From Vicugna vicugna (taxonomy: Eukaryota), in the NCBI GenBank assembly GCA_013265495.1, contig MU058423.1:8293627-8357626 (forward strand): a DNA stretch of 64,000 nucleotides. The letters run 5' to 3'. Shown piece after piece: positions 38,176-52,650 of this stretch (position 1 is its first letter; each line of letters starts with the position of its first letter). Position numbers and translations under genes: made by a program. Below the pieces are notes generated by a model. It did not search any database. It had not been told where the DNA came from and was given only the letters and a program-made list of their open reading frames with translations.

Positions 38176-38632
38176 TCTTGCCAAAAAACCAGCCTCTGTA
38201 CCCCAATAGCCAAATTACGAGTCGGAGGCAGAGTTTGGGGAGCATAGAAAAGAACAGCTTTATTGCTTTGCCAGGCAAAGGGAGTCAGGGCTGGCTAATG
38301 CCTTAAAGATTGTGAGCCCGTCTTGGGGTTGGAGTCCTGGGGTTTTATAGAAAGATGGGAACAGGAGGGTGATAACAATCAGCATTTGGGCAGGGGCTGT
38401 TTTCCTCTCATCTTGATAAGAACTTGCTGTTGCTATGGAGGAATTTAGGAGCGTCTGCCCATTTTCTTGAGGTTATCAGTCCATGGCCTTCTTTCAAGAC
38501 CTGAACAACTCAGCAGCCATCTTGTTGGCACTCTATCCTTCCGTACTGGAGCTGGCAATTAATCTCACCTCTTTCTGACACTCGCACGCTTCACTCTCTT
38601 GCTGGTGATGTTATCTTCTTGTTAAAAAATCA
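38176..38632 (-). mobile_element. ERV1-type solo LTR
   Basis: Shares agctttatt...ggcaaaggg...tgccttaaa...tgtga.ccc.tcttgggg with the 60.7-kb LTR; near-TSD gtact/ctact. Confidence 0.7.
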
Positions 38633-39109
38633 CTACTGAAAAGTTTTTACTACTGGCTCTCATATACTTACAGAATAAAATATAAACACATCGACTTGAC
38701 AAAGGAAAAGAAATCTTCCTGGATGTAACTCCACTTTTCAAGCCTCCTTTACCTTGACTCCTGGGGTGTACTGTGAGCTCCAGCAGGTCTAGACTTCTCA
38801 CAGTTCCTCTGACTTCCAGGTCATTCCACAAGTCGATGCCTCTGCGTGTGCTTGCTTCTACCTGGAATGATCCTCCTCTTTTTTTGACTAGCAAGTTCCT
38901 GTCCAATCTTCAAGACTCAGCTCACGTAAAAGTCAATTGCTCAGAGGTTCCCTTGACTTTTCCAGGCTGCTAAGCTGCTCTGTATTACAGATCACATGAA
39001 TATAATAACACATTCCACATCACATTATAATCCACTGGACAGAGATTTGGTGTCCCTGACTCTCTGGCTGAGATTTTCAAAGCTACAGGTTGTGTGTTTA
39101 TTTAGAGGG

Positions 39110-39463
39110 GTATATGTCCTAGTATGTTTGGGCTGCTGTAGCATAAACACCAGAGTGGCTTCACCAACAAAAATGTGTTTCTCACAGTTCTGGAGGCTGA
39201 TATGCCCAAGGTCAAAGTGCCGGCTGATTCACTTCCTGGCAGAGCCATTTTCCCATTTTGAAGATGGATGCCTTCCTGCTGTGCCCTCTCAGGACAGAGA
39301 GAGATCATCTCTCTCATGTCTCTTCTTATGAAGTTACCAATCCCATTCAGGAGGGCTCCACCCTCACACGTAATTATCTCCCAAAGGCCCGATTTCTACA
39401 TACAATCGCAGTGGGGATCAGGCTTCCACATATGAATGGGATACAAACCTTTAGTCCGTAGCA
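39110..39463 (-). mobile_element. MaLR solo LTR (MLT1A/B-like)
   Basis: ggctgctgta...tctcacagttctggaggctg...ccaaggtcaaagtgcc...cagtggggatcagg. Confidence 0.8.
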
Positions 39464-41527
39464 GTGTCCCTAACACGTAGCCTTAAATTTTCACTGAAGA
39501 AGGGTGGACAGATTAAATGCTTACTGAAAAATGCAATTTTCCTGCCCCTCCCCTTTTTATCTCCAGAAAGCAGCTTAGAAGCAAGCTTACTGATGAAAGC
39601 TATCTGCTTACAAGGTTTTCAAAATGTGATTGCTTCAATGGGCATTCAGTAAACTCATTAAGAAGATACAATTAGCAAAGAATGAAAACTATTACATCTA
39701 AACAATGCAACAATAACAGCAGCTAACATTTATGGCTTAATTACCACATACTAAGAGTTGTTTTATTTGCTTTTATGAGCAAGCTCACTTAATCCTCACA
39801 ACAATCTTGTTAAGTAGTTATTACTATTGTGAGCCCCTTTTGAAATTGAGGAAATTGAGGCACAGAAAGGTTCCCCACGAATACACAGAGGTAGTAAGCG
39901 GAACAATGAGGATTTGGACCTAAGTAGTCTGGTTTCAGAACCATGTTCTTAACCTCCATACTGTATGAATAAAAAAACCATAAAAAAACAAATGACAGAG
40001 ATCTTTTCAGAAAGATTAAATTATTCCATCTCTGTTTTAATTTTTAGAGGAAGATTCACATCGGAGAGAGCTACGTACAAATAACAAGTAATTCTATTTA
40101 ACACTAAACTAAGCCATTAGAAAGTCTATAATGTTCTATCAAGTGTGGTTAAGGAAGGCAAATAAAACTCAATTATAAGAATTAAATTGAAAGAATATAA
40201 CAAACACTGATTTATCAAGGAATATGCTGTCTATGTCTAACACCATGATACAGGATTAGGGATACAAAAGAACTGTAAAATGTGATTCCTGTCCCAAAGA
40301 ACAAACACTGTGATTGCAAGAGATATGACTTTCACACACAAAGTAATCAGAGGATAGATAAGAAAACCTTAAATTCTATGGTACAGAAATAAACGCAATT
40401 GTAGGACAACAAGTTTATGTTAAAATTTTCAAGTTATCTGTTTTTAAAATTAGTTAAAAAAATTAAACTTGGAATTCTTTCTCTCAAATGTTTCCAGAAT
40501 CATCCCACCAACAGAAGTTTTATAAAATACAATTGCTATATATAAAAATTCCTTAGAAATTAAGCTTCAGAGACAAAGAACAAAACTGAAACACACAGTT
40601 CTAGATTGAATTTTGATTAAAAAAAAAACAGGCTTTGTTTTAGGGTACGAGTTAAGTGGAATAGCACTAGGAAAGCTGCCTCAGGAAGTCAGAACACAAT
40701 ATAAATCCGTCAAACTTTCCATACCTTTCTGGTCACAGGAAATCTTAAAATATCACTCCATTCTCCCTGTGTGTGCAGCAGAGGCAAAGTTTCTGAGGCA
40801 TTCAAAATATTTTAAAGGTAGAGAGTATATGTTTCCTCAAATTAAAGGAACAACTTATATGTTAACCTTGTTTATAAATGTCATTTCAAAGAAGGGAGGG
40901 TACATTATAAAAGACCTAAGAAGTCTCACCGAAATTTAATGAAAGAAGAAAAAGACAAGAAAAGAAAACTAACTAAAGTAAAGGGAATAAAAAAATGAGA
41001 TTTTTCCTGGCCATTCAGTGTTAAAAGGTTTCAGGCTTGCGGAGATGATCATTAACTACAGAATCAGAACTGTATGGCAGATTTGCCAATGTGCTGTTGG
41101 AAATGTGGGAAACAGTGGACTTAAGAGGCCGAAGGACCAGGAGACAGACTGGGATAAACAGAGGCAGCCTTGAGAATATAAGACAGAGGATACCTTGGCC
41201 AAAAATATTCTTGAAATTAGTTCTTGAACTTAGAAGTTCAGAGGCTTTTCGGATTAACTATCAGGCGGCCAGATGGTTTGGCATCACTTGTCTCAAAGTG
41301 CAGGCATTAGGTTCTCAACCGTTTGAGAAACATTTCTAAAAAAGATGCAGTGTCTTTGATTGGAACTCTAGGAGTTAATCTTATTACTCACTTTAATTAC
41401 TAAGCTCTTACTTTCGCATATTATTTTAGACTTGAACATTCATTATAATTCTGCATAATTTTTCATAGGTTATATGTTTATCTCTCTATATGTGTGTGTT
41501 TATTTATAAATATCCCCCAAATAAATT

Positions 41528-42003
41528 GCCATAGCTTGTTTCCAAGATGGCTACCATCAATTTCTTCCTTCGCTGTATCTACTCCCTTGAATCTGGACTG
41601 GCCTGTGACAGCCTTGCCTGACTGAGTACAATGAAAGTGATGCTGCATGACTTTCAACACTACCTCCCAGGCCTTGAAGCTTGTGCTTGTTCCTTAAGTT
41701 GTCATGTGGTGTGAAGCCCAAGCCAGACTTGCAGAGTGGCCACACGGAGGAAGGAAAGAGAGAAATGCCTCACCAGTCCCCAGCTGTCGTGGACATCTCA
41801 TCCAAGCAACGAGACCTGTGAGTAAAGAAGCCTTCAAAAGACTCCAACCTCAGCTGTCAACGGACTACAATGTTTGAAGGATCCCAACTGAAAAGTGCCC
41901 CACTCTGTCCTTTAACAACCAGAAGAGTGAAACATGATAATAAATTATTGTTTTAACCCACTAAGTTTTGGGGTGGTTTATTAACACAGCAATAAATAAC
42001 TAG
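41528..42003 (+). mobile_element. MaLR solo LTR (MLT1F/G-like)
   Basis: ccaagatggct...gtgatgctgcatgacttt...ttgttttaacccactaagttttggggtgg. Confidence 0.72.
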
Positions 42004-42269
42004 CATTTAAAGACAGATCAAATACTTCTTAATTCATTTATCATACTTAGTATAAAATTTAGCACCATCCTGTCATTCTGAAATGTAACTAATTCTACAT
42101 ATCTACCATATATTTAATTGAACAATACCATCATACTCTCTTTATTTCATTGGGCACAACAAAATAAGTTGTTGTATTTTGTTGAAATTTGTAAAAGCTA
42201 TAATATAGTACAATCAAAGTGATATAGAATCCAGAAGTTTATATTAATGAAAAATTATTATATGTTCTT

Positions 42270-42800
42270 TTATTTTAAATAGACTTTATTCTATTTAAAA
42301 TAAGGGCAGATTTAGGTTCACAGGAAAATTGAAAGTACAGTGTTCCTGCATGCCTCTCGCCCTCACATATGCACAGAGCTCTCCCACTGTCAACATCCCA
42401 CATCACAGTGGTATGTTTGTTGCAATGGATGAACCTACCCTGACACCTCATAATCCCCCCAAATCCATAGTTTACATCACAATCACCCTTGGTGTTGTAC
42501 ATTCCATGAGTTTGGACAAATGTATAATGACATGTATTCACTATTAAAGTACCACACAGAATAGTTTCAATGCCCTAAAAATTCTCTGCGCTCCGCCTAT
42601 TCATCCCTGCCTCCCCTCTAACCCTCAGAAACAATCCGTCTCTTTACTGTCTCCACAATTCTGCCTTTTCCAGAATCATATAGTTGGAATCATACAGTAT
42701 GTAGCCTTTTCAAATTGGCTTCTGTCACTTAGTGATCAGTATTTAAGATACTTCTGTGCTTTTACATGGCTTAATTGTGTATTCTTTTTGAAATAAATAC
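42270..42800 (-). mobile_element. Old L1 3' end (L1MC-like)
   Basis: Antisense counterpart of the 1555-2032 element type. Confidence 0.8.
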
Positions 42801-44459
42801 TCGGTCATGTTTCTTACCCTCACTCATTCCTTAATCCTTTTAAAATTTAGTTTCTATTCTCACTCCTCTACAGAGTTCCATGCTTGTAAAGGTCACAAAA
42901 GACTTCCTAGTCACAAAATCCAGATCCTTTCCTGCAGCATTGAATACTGCTGCCCACTGTCTTCCTAAACTCTCGCCCTTGGGTTTGTGAGACTGTCCTT
43001 TATCTACTCCTATATTTTTCTCTCTGCTCGTTCCTTCCTACACACTCTTCAAGAGTAAGTATTCCCCCAAAGGTTGCCCTTGGCTTTCTCTATTCTCTGT
43101 ATAACCATCTCAGCATCTTTCTTTCACACCCATATTGTCTTCTATCTAAAGTATCTAAGTATAACCCTTGATAATTGCTCTTGCTTCTTACATTCAGCCA
43201 GTTACCAAAACCTGTTGTCCTCCCAGGTACATCTTGCAATTGCCTGTTCTTTCCATTTCTTCGGTCTCTTTCCTAGTTGATGACCTCATCAGCTCTTGTT
43301 TAAATAATGGTGATAGGGTCATGGCCAATACATCTCTGCCTTAAGCCTGTTTCCTTTAGTCCATTCTATTCAGTCCTGCTAGATTAATTTTCCCAGGCTG
43401 CCTTGCTCATTAATGTCCACTTCAATGTCATTTGAAGTATAAATGTATATTTAATATTTCAGTAGTAAATGCTGGAATAATTAATGATAAAACTGTCTTT
43501 CTACATAATTATTAATAACTTATAAATGGATAAAAATAGTTAAACAAACTCACATCAAGTAAAATATATCAGATGTAATAAAATGACATCATATTCAATA
43601 AATTGAAAATCAGGAGTGACAGATGACACAAAGAAGAATGTTAGATTTTTTTGAGCAAAGAAATATTCATAAAATTGTGAATTATAATACAAGGCAGACC
43701 AATAGCTGTTAAGTCATAATTCTAATCTTTTTAACAGCACTTGTGCACTGGCAGTCTAATTTTAATGAGATTTTTGTTATTTTATTCAATTTGGGCTATG
43801 ACTTTTATGAAAAAGTCCACTTTGGTATTATTTATATCTTGTTTTATAAAGCAGAATTTTACTCCCTCAGAATCTCCTCAAAATGGAGAAAAAGCTACAA
43901 ACTCATTTACAATGTACATGTTATCTTTGAGCCAAAACAAAGCATGTACAAAGAAAAGTTGAAAGAATTAGACAAATATCAAGTATTCAAAACACATTTA
44001 TAAATTTTTGAAGAAGTGTATTACTAATTTGAGTTTGAGTAGATGGAAGCTGCAAATTCAAATGAAAAGCTTTCCAAAAGTTTCCAATGAAGAATATTAG
44101 AGACTTTTTTCTAAGTGTAAGTCCTGGGTACGAAATCCCTTCTAGGAAACATATCAATGACAACTTCAGTTTCTTATTTGTATTTTGTCCTACACACAAA
44201 GATTAATGGCAATATTAAATGTGTTACTTCAGCTTCTTGTGCCTCAGCAATTTGGAATAAAGAACCAACTAGCAATCATTTTTAATAGACAGCATGGTGG
44301 ATCCAGGATGAATCCAATTATACAGGGAATATAGTCAATATTTTATAATAACTTTGAATGTAGCATAATCTATAAAATTGTTGAAACATTATGTTGTACA
44401 CCTGAAACTAACATAACATTGTAAATCAACTATACCTCAATTTAAAAAAAAGTCGAGAG

Positions 44460-44586
44460 ACCAGATATCCCAATTTGTCCTTGACAATCCGGGTTTATGC
44501 CTGCTGTTCCAGTATAACTGTTTATAAGATCTCCTTTTATTATTAAAAGTTTTCTAGTTTAGATAATAAATTACATAGTCACCCCA
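44460..44586 (-). mobile_element. hAT MITE (MER81-like)
   Basis: tttgtcc...ccgggtttatgcctgctgttcc...aataaattacatagtcaccc. Confidence 0.55.
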
Positions 44587-46237
44587 CCTAAGAGACACAT
44601 AAATCAAATGAACTGTATTGGCATAGTTTGGATATTGATTCAAAAAAGCCAACTATAATAAAACATTTGAATTCTGAAAAAAATAACTAAACAAAAAAGG
44701 ATAAACTAAATTGTACTTTTGCTTTACTTGCTTGCTGAGAGATTCCTGGGTCTCAGTCAACTAATAACAGTGAATTTGACTGAAAGAATGTTAATAGCAT
44801 TAAAAAAAGTCAGTAAAGAAAATTATCATGTAGTTGTCATCAACACTGAAACAAACATACCTGCTGTCAATTTGACATCATACGTTCTCATTTACAATCT
44901 GTGAATCTCAGAGGAGAAACTGAGAACTATCGTTTCCAGAATCCCCTTCCCTCGATGGCTCTGGTTAGAGTCTGCCAACTACAGGCACTTATGTGACACT
45001 GGAATGGGAAGGAGCAGAAGCTACTATTTTCCCAGGGCAGTGACAGATAGATGTGTGGGCTGACAGTGGACATGAGGTTCACAGCAGCTCCTGGATGAGT
45101 TCCTGCAAATTACCTTCTTGGGTCCCACAGACAATTGAGATGGCTAGTGGTGGCTGCTGGAGAATTATTTGGTTTGGTGCTACAAGCTTATATAATTTGT
45201 GGGAGCTTCCTAGAGATTCTTGAGAGAAATAGAGGCTTCCAAGAAAGTTCTCAGAGCCAACCACCTTGGCAATACAAACTAAGATTATTGGACTAGCTTC
45301 CCTGATTTTAATTTCCCAGCCCTTCCAATGATTGTGGAAGCCTCTAATTCCCATATTAAAACCCTTCATATTTAGACTGCCTAGAGTAGCTTCTGTTTTT
45401 CTGCATGTACTTCGTTTAATACAATGTGGAGGTCACTCTGCATTGGCCACACTGTTTTGATAAGGTGTTCAAAAATTACTATGCATGGTGTAGTATAGTA
45501 ATAGTACAGTAATAAAATTATCAGCCAAAATTAACAAAGCATATTATATATGAGAGATTTTTAAACTACCCTGTCAGGTACTCACACAACATGTTAAGAT
45601 GAAATAGAAGCTGTAACATTTAAAAAGGATTTTTAAACAAAATCAAGTCTTAAAAACTTTTATATAAAGATATTAACATAGCAGGCCTTATAAAACTAAA
45701 CATTGCTTTCAGAGAAAGCAACTCATATCCTAAAATCTCCAGAAGAAATAATAAAAGTGATATGCCTGAAAAGCACAGATGTTTCTTAGATAACATGTGC
45801 TAAATATGCTCCTTCATTCTACTATGGATGTAAACTTTTTAAGCTTCTTGATTCGTATTGTAAACTGCTTTCTAGACCGACACTAACAACCCCTACTCCT
45901 ACTAGCACTGTTTGGGGACATGCATTTCACTATATCCCTGCCTACATTACGATCATTTTTTCAACTTTTTAACTAGTAAGATTTCCATAGCATTTTTCAA
46001 GAAAGTTGTTTCCCTTGGCTTTCAAGTCACTGGCATTTATATTATCAGTCTTATCTAGGTAAGATAACACAAATCTAAAAACTAGGAAACATGGTTATTA
46101 TTCTTGGTTCTGTTGTGAATTTTTCAATCTGGCCAAATATTTATGTTTTCAGTTAAAAAAAGACATTTTTAAAAAAGGACTGTTAGCCCTGACTCTTCTT
46201 TCTCAAAATAGTAACATATAAAAAATAAAAACCAGAA

Positions 46238-46410
46238 GGGAGGGTATAGCTCAGTGGTAAAGTGTGTATTTTCAGCATACACAAGGTCCTGGGATCAATC
46301 CCCAGTACCTCCGTTAGAAAAATAAATAAACAAATAAACCTAATTACCTCCCCCTCAAAAAAAGTTTAAAAATTAAAAACAACACAAATTTTAAAAATAA
46401 TTTAAAAACT
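46238..46410 (+). mobile_element. tRNA-derived SINE (vic-1 type)
   Basis: gggagggtatagctcagtggt...gtcctgggatcaatccccagtacctcc, A-rich tail. Confidence 0.88.
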
Positions 46411-46559
46411 AAAAAAATAAGAGCAGAGAAAGTCAATACATTTGCATCTGCTAACTTGATGGTGAATATTCATGTGTTCACTCCTTGGCTCAACATGTGT
46501 TGAGACCCACTAGACACCAGGTGGGTGTAAGGAATCAGAGTTGACTCCAGAGTCCTCAC

Positions 46560-46857
46560 CCTCCATGTCTTTATCCAAAGCACTTGGGCCACAGGTGTTT
46601 CGGAACCAACACTATTTATGGATGTTTAGGAAGGTAAGACAATATACATTGGATGTAACACCTCCCAGTAGAGCCTGGGGCAGCCTCCTATAAACAAATC
46701 AGCAACATTTCTGTAGCAAAGCAATGTTATAGATAGCCTCATGTCAGTTCAGGTCAGGTTTTGCAGCCAAATAAGTTTTGGCACCAGCCGTAAAATAAAC
46801 TTTTGGTTTTCAGAGCTTTTTGGATTTCGGCATTGCAGATAAGGGGCCATGGACTTG
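46560..46857 (+). mobile_element. TcMar-Tigger DNA transposon relic (MER46C-like)
   Basis: tcagttcaggtcaggttttgc...ggttttcagagctttttggatttcgg...gataagg. Confidence 0.75.
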
Positions 46858-49233
46858 AAAAATGGTGTTTTACATTCTAGGATAAATGTAAGAACAGACA
46901 GAGTACTATGGGAATGTAGCGGTGCGGCTTCCAACCCAGACTGGCAGAGGGCAGGAAGGTCGGTGGAGAGAAAATAGAAGTTGACTCACAGATGCCAATG
47001 AAACACAGGTATTTTATTATGCTATTATCCCAGGGAGATGTGAGAGTTGAGGAAGAGATTATTGCCTGATGATGAATTTTGAGAAACTGCTTTTGAGTTT
47101 TCTTACTTTATCATTGTGTTACAAACTGTCAGACATTTCTTTATTGTTGTGTTACAAAGTTAACAGTGAAAATGTCATCATTGGGTCTAGTCAATCCTCT
47201 CACTGAGAGAACAAAAAGTATTGCAAACAGCATGTGACATAGCAGTACTTCATTTAAACACTCAACTACTTCTTGCACGTCTATGCTATAGTTCCAGATC
47301 TTTATACTTTCTCACCTGGGGGACTGTTCTCCCTCAGGGCTCTGGCCCCAGCCAGGCTGTATCCTACACCACCATACAGAACTGATTATCTCACTCCCAT
47401 GCCTGAAAACCTTTAAGAGCTCCCCACTGGGGGAAAAAAAATTCTTTATTGCTAGCTCCCTCTTTCAGTATATGCTATATAGACCAGGAAAGGGCCCGTA
47501 ACTTACAAACCAACTTGTGTAGGAGCATATATACAAAGAAGCTTTATGAGGATGGCAGATTTCATGATAAAGAGCAGCAGGAGCAGACAGGACAAAAGGC
47601 AAAGCCCAGGAGAGCTGGATGAAATAACACAAGACAGGCCAGTCAGGAGCTCACGCAGGAGATGCTAACTCGAACGGGAGTGTACGGAAAGCAGATCTAG
47701 AACTAGAATCCCTGGCTCATGGGCCTAGAATACCTCAACAGGTGAAATATTTGCATGTGAAGACTCACTTGTAAAGTTTGTTTTGTCTAGTATTTTTAAC
47801 ATTCCGTTTTTCCAGTCTTACTTGCACTTATTATTTGCACTATTTTTCAAGGCAGCCTTTCCCAAGTAAATTCAAATTCGGGACCTGATCAAGTTATACA
47901 CTAGCCAATCAAACATATCCACTGGGAATCTATTAGAAAAGTGACCAGCACATGAGAGAAATCTTGAAGATAGTCATTAGAAAATAAAATCAGGGGAATT
48001 TGAACCAATATGGTTTTGCTATATTGTCTTATCATTTTATTGTATGTAAAAAATATATATTTTTAAATCCCAGAAATATGTAAAAGAGTTTAATAAATAT
48101 ACCTTTTAAATATTTAAAAGCTTTAGGTCATTCCTTGGTTTCCACACTGAGAGTATTTGCAAGTACAAAGTACAAAATATCAGTTATTTGTTTTTCCTAG
48201 CTGGGCAATGAATATTAAAACAAACTTCAAAAACAGTCATTTGAATTATATTATGACTATGCAAACCAAGGGAGCTTGGCTAAACATGAAAAATGCAAAA
48301 TTTGTTTCATTTTTGTTCCTTAACCCAAATTCCAGTACGAGGGCAAAGATAGAAAGAAAGGCATCTAATGTCTCTTTCCTATTTCCTTCTCATACACCCT
48401 AAAAGATGGGGTGTATGTGATACACACTCTGATTCTGCTAGAGTCTCTTTAATGCCTTCTACCTCTAGACAAAATGTTTACCTAATTGAGAATTTATTTC
48501 AGTGACAATTAAAAAATCTGTTCCATGTGGAACCTAATTTTCCTGAGGTAAGGATGACATAAACCCTTGATTGTGAGTATGTGAGGGTGTGGAGGTGAGG
48601 AGGAGTTAAATTCTTTCCTTCTGAAAACATGGGATTGCACTCTCTGAAATAACCTTATATTTGAAGAATGTTATAGTCCTGCAAGATAGGTTTTAAAGAT
48701 CAGGAAAATGAGGCTTAGAGGTGGAACTACTAATCCACTTGAAAGACATAGTTCATAGATGGCCTGGTCAAAGCCTCAAAACCAGAATCCAGATCCCTGA
48801 CTCCCTGCCCAGGATGGTTTCACATCATATATGGCAGGAAATGCACTTTCTCAAATGCATTCATTCAGTCCCTCATGCATTTGTTCAAACAAATATTTAT
48901 TAAGCAGTGATTTAGAGTTTGTCTACAGTGTCTACTAAATGTCAGACACTGCACAGGACATCCAGCAGTAAGTACGTCATATGATCAACCCTGACCTTGC
49001 AGACCTCATTTAAGTGGAGAAGATAGAAAATAAGCAAGAGAAATGAGTAGAATATATGATAACTTCAATGGTGGAAGTACTGCGAAGAAGAATAAAGTAG
49101 GAAGGGAGCCAGGGCACAGAGCAAAGGGAAACTGTAAGTTTAACTAGGTTGGTCAGAATGACTACACTGGAAATGGAATTTGAACAAAGACTTAAAGGAG
49201 ATGAGAGACTGGATAGGTGGACATCCATCAGAA

Positions 49234-50111
49234 TGAGGCAGCAGGACCTTCTGGGGTCCTCCCTGGTACAAATCCTTTCCATGTCTCCCATTTTGAAGGA
49301 GGGTTAATAAAATGGCTGCATTTAGGCTAACAGATTGCTTATTCTTATGCTTGCCCTTAGAACAGTCAACTAACCTGACTGACCGATTGCTACTCTCAGC
49401 TCCAGTCCTGTTGTTAAACTAAAGCTATTAATTTCACTGTTTCTGCTTTATTCCAGTAATCGAAAGTAATCATCGTGCTTGGTTTCTGAGTTGTTCTCCA
49501 GGGAGAAGGTCACATAACCTTAACCAAAATAGGCTAAATACCAAGAAGACCACGCCTTGGGCGCTTATGAGATAAAGAGATCGAAAGAGCAACAACCACT
49601 AGCCTCTGTAGAACTGGTCACCTGGAGACACCGTGACGCCACTCTGAGTCTTACGATGAAAATGCTTCTGTTGATAGTTATCGATGCTTTATTGTTTGAG
49701 CTATCTATGGCTATATAATCACCCTGCCCCATCGCCAAGGTGCGCTCACAGTTTTGAAGGCACTAGCCTGCTGTGAGTCTCCTTTGCCCAGCAAAGTAAT
49801 AACGCTGCCTCTTTTTTTCTATGCTCGAAGACCTTGTCTCTGAGTTTCAGTTAGGCTCATCAGGGATGGGGATCAATCTTTCAGCAACAACCTCACCACC
49901 AACCAGTCAGAAGAAAGTCGTGCACCCTGCACCCTCATCCAGAATGTTGTCTTTAAAAACCTTTTCCTGAAAGCCATCGCGGAGTTTGGGTCTTTTGAGC
50001 CCATTCTGCTTGCTTGGCACCTTGCAAATAAACGCTGTACTTTCTTTCATCACAACCTGGTGTCAGTAAACTGGTTTTGCCGTTGGCAGGTGAGAGTTTG
50101 GTTTGGTAACA
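49234..50111 (+). mobile_element. Outer ERV1-type LTR interrupted by a second LTR
   Basis: TG start (tgaggcagc), aataaa at ~50027, end tttggtaaCA; gaat on both flanks. Confidence 0.65.
49294..49889 (+). mobile_element. ERV1-type solo LTR, copy A
   Basis: TG...CA termini, TATA-like ctatataa, aligns end to end with 60729-61322 reversed. Confidence 0.9.
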
Positions 50112-51262
50112 GAATCTACTGATCAAGCACTAGCTTTTAGTTTTATGGAAATAGAAATTTCCAGTAAAAATATTTGCATTTATAAAGCACTATACTTCTT
50201 TTTCAAAAGTTACACGTACACAAGGTAAGAAATTAAAAGACAACAATAGTATAAGCTGTGTAAAGTCTCCCTGACTGCTATATCCTCAATTCTTTTCCTC
50301 AAAGGCAACCAGAGTTTCTAGTTCCTTGTGTGTGTGTGTGTGTGTGTGTGTATAATGTATATATATTTTATCCATATAGATCCATATTTGTTGCCTGTAT
50401 CTTTGGAATAAAAATAACTGGTTCTCACCTGGCACTTTTCCTTTATTTTTTTGTGGGTTTTGATGTAGTAATCATAGCCCATTCTGAAAAATAAATAGCA
50501 TTACTCTTTTCCCCTAAGAACATTCAAACAATTCATAAACATTTAAGTTGTACTTTTATCTTTAAAATTTTACTTCACAATTTACCACGTGATATGCCTG
50601 ACATTGTTAGAGATCAGAACTTTAAGATCAGTATTTGCCCAAACAAAACCCTTACATGTTTACTGTTCAGTGTTCTTGCACAGATTGCATTTAGTAGAAG
50701 ATCAAGCATGATGAGAAACTGGTGCTTATTAATTTAACACAGGGCCTTTGATAAAGGTTTCTGCTTTCCCAAATGCACCTGTTAGGTAACAGAAACTATG
50801 TTAGGTGACTTGTCTTTGATTCCTAAGTCTTTCTTTATGTAGTCCTTAAATATGTTATGAATCCAAGGAACATTTCAATACAAAACTGAGATACACAAGC
50901 TGGAAGAGAAGAAGCAAAATGAAATTCCTGTATCCTTTAAAAATGAAGCTTCAACTTGAGGCACAGAAGTGCATTACATTTTGTTTACCCTTCCATTTCT
51001 TCACTAGGTGTCATGCATGTGTTTCCCTGACTCACCTGGCTGCTTGAGCATGTACACTTCTGGCCAGGAATTTTTTTCATACTTCTTTGTCAGTTAGAGA
51101 ACATCTGGATGACTTAGGACCTCCCCTCCGACTAATGGTCAGTAGTCTTCCAAAGAATGTTTACTTTTACACAATAATCTGGGAGGTTTCAAGGTCTTGA
51201 GAAATGCAACCTGTTAGGACTCAGGGAGGAGGGGGAGGAATCCTTGAAATATAAAGATTCAT

Positions 51263-52650
51263 CATAGAATATACAATGGAGAAAAGACAGTCTCTTCAGC
51301 AAATGGTGTTGGGAAAACTGAACATTCACATGTAAATCAAGGAAGTTAGAACACTCCCTCACACCATACACAAAAATAAACTCAAAATGGCTTAAAGACT
51401 TAAACATAAAACAAGACACTATAAACCTCTTAGAAGAAAACATCATAGGCAAAACATTCTCTGATAAAAATCTCAGCAAAGTTCTTCTAAGCCAGTCTAC
51501 CCAGGCAATAGAAATTAAAGCAAAAATAAACAAATGGAACCTAATTAAACTTATAAGCTTCTGCACAGCAAAGGAAATCATAAGTAAGACAAAAGACAAC
51601 CTACAGAATAGGAGAAAATGTTTGCAAATGATACGATTGACAAAGGCTTAATTTCCAAAATACATAAATAGCTCATAAAACTTAATAAGAAAAAAAACCA
51701 CACAACTCAATTCAAAAATAGGCAGGAGATCTAAAGAAACAATTTTCCAGTGAAGACACACAAATGGCCAATTGGCACATGAAAAAATGCTCAATATCAC
51801 TAATTATCAGAGAAATACAAATCAAAACTACAATGAGGTATCACCTCACACCAGTCAGAATGGCCGTCATTAAAAAGTCCACAAACGATACACGCTGAAG
51901 AGGGTGTGGAGAAAAGGGAACTCTCCTACACTGTTGGTGGGAACGTAGTTTGGTGAAGCCATTGTGGTAAACAGTATGGAGAGTCCTCAAAAAACTAAAA
52001 ATAGACTTACTATATGATCCAGAAATCCCACTACTGGGCATATATTCCGAGGAAACTCTAATTTGAAAAGACACATGTACCCCAATGTTCATAGCAGCAT
52101 TATATACAATAGCCAAGACATGGAAACAACCTAAATATCCATGGACAGAGGACTGGATAAAGAAGCTGTGGTGTATTTACACAACTGGAAACTACCCAGT
52201 CATTAAAAGAATAAAATAATGCCATTTGCAGCAACATGGATGGAGATCGTCATTCTAAGGCAAGTAAGCCAGAAAGAGAAAGAAAAACACCATCTGTATG
52301 ATATTACACATACATGTAATCTAAAAAAAAGACACAAATGAACTTACTTACAAAACAGAAACAGACTCACAGACATAGAAAACAAACTTATGGTTACCAG
52401 CGGGGAAAGGGAGTAGGGAGGGATAAATTGGGAGTCTGAGATTTGCAAATACTATTGTATATAAAATAGATGCACAACAAGTTTCTTCTGTATAGCACAG
52501 GGAACTGTATTCAATACTTTGTAATAACCAATAATGAAAAAGAATATGGAAATGAATATATGCATGTATCTGTATGACTGAAACATTATGCTGTACACCA
52601 GAAACTGACACAACATTTGTAAAGTAACTATACTTCAATTAAAAAAAAAA
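51263..52650 (+). mobile_element. 5'-truncated young L1
   Basis: ORF2 3' motifs, 3' UTR, poly(A) at 52641-52650. Confidence 0.92.

Noticed and set aside
46238..46312. tRNA-like sequences (also 56922, 4840-4915, 9241-9310, 26800-26875)
   Set aside because: SINE heads with AT-rich tails and TSDs; no complete cloverleaf.
47507..47614. Minus-strand cAG...GTAAGT candidate exon
   Set aside because: Plausible sites but no other support; translation uninformative.
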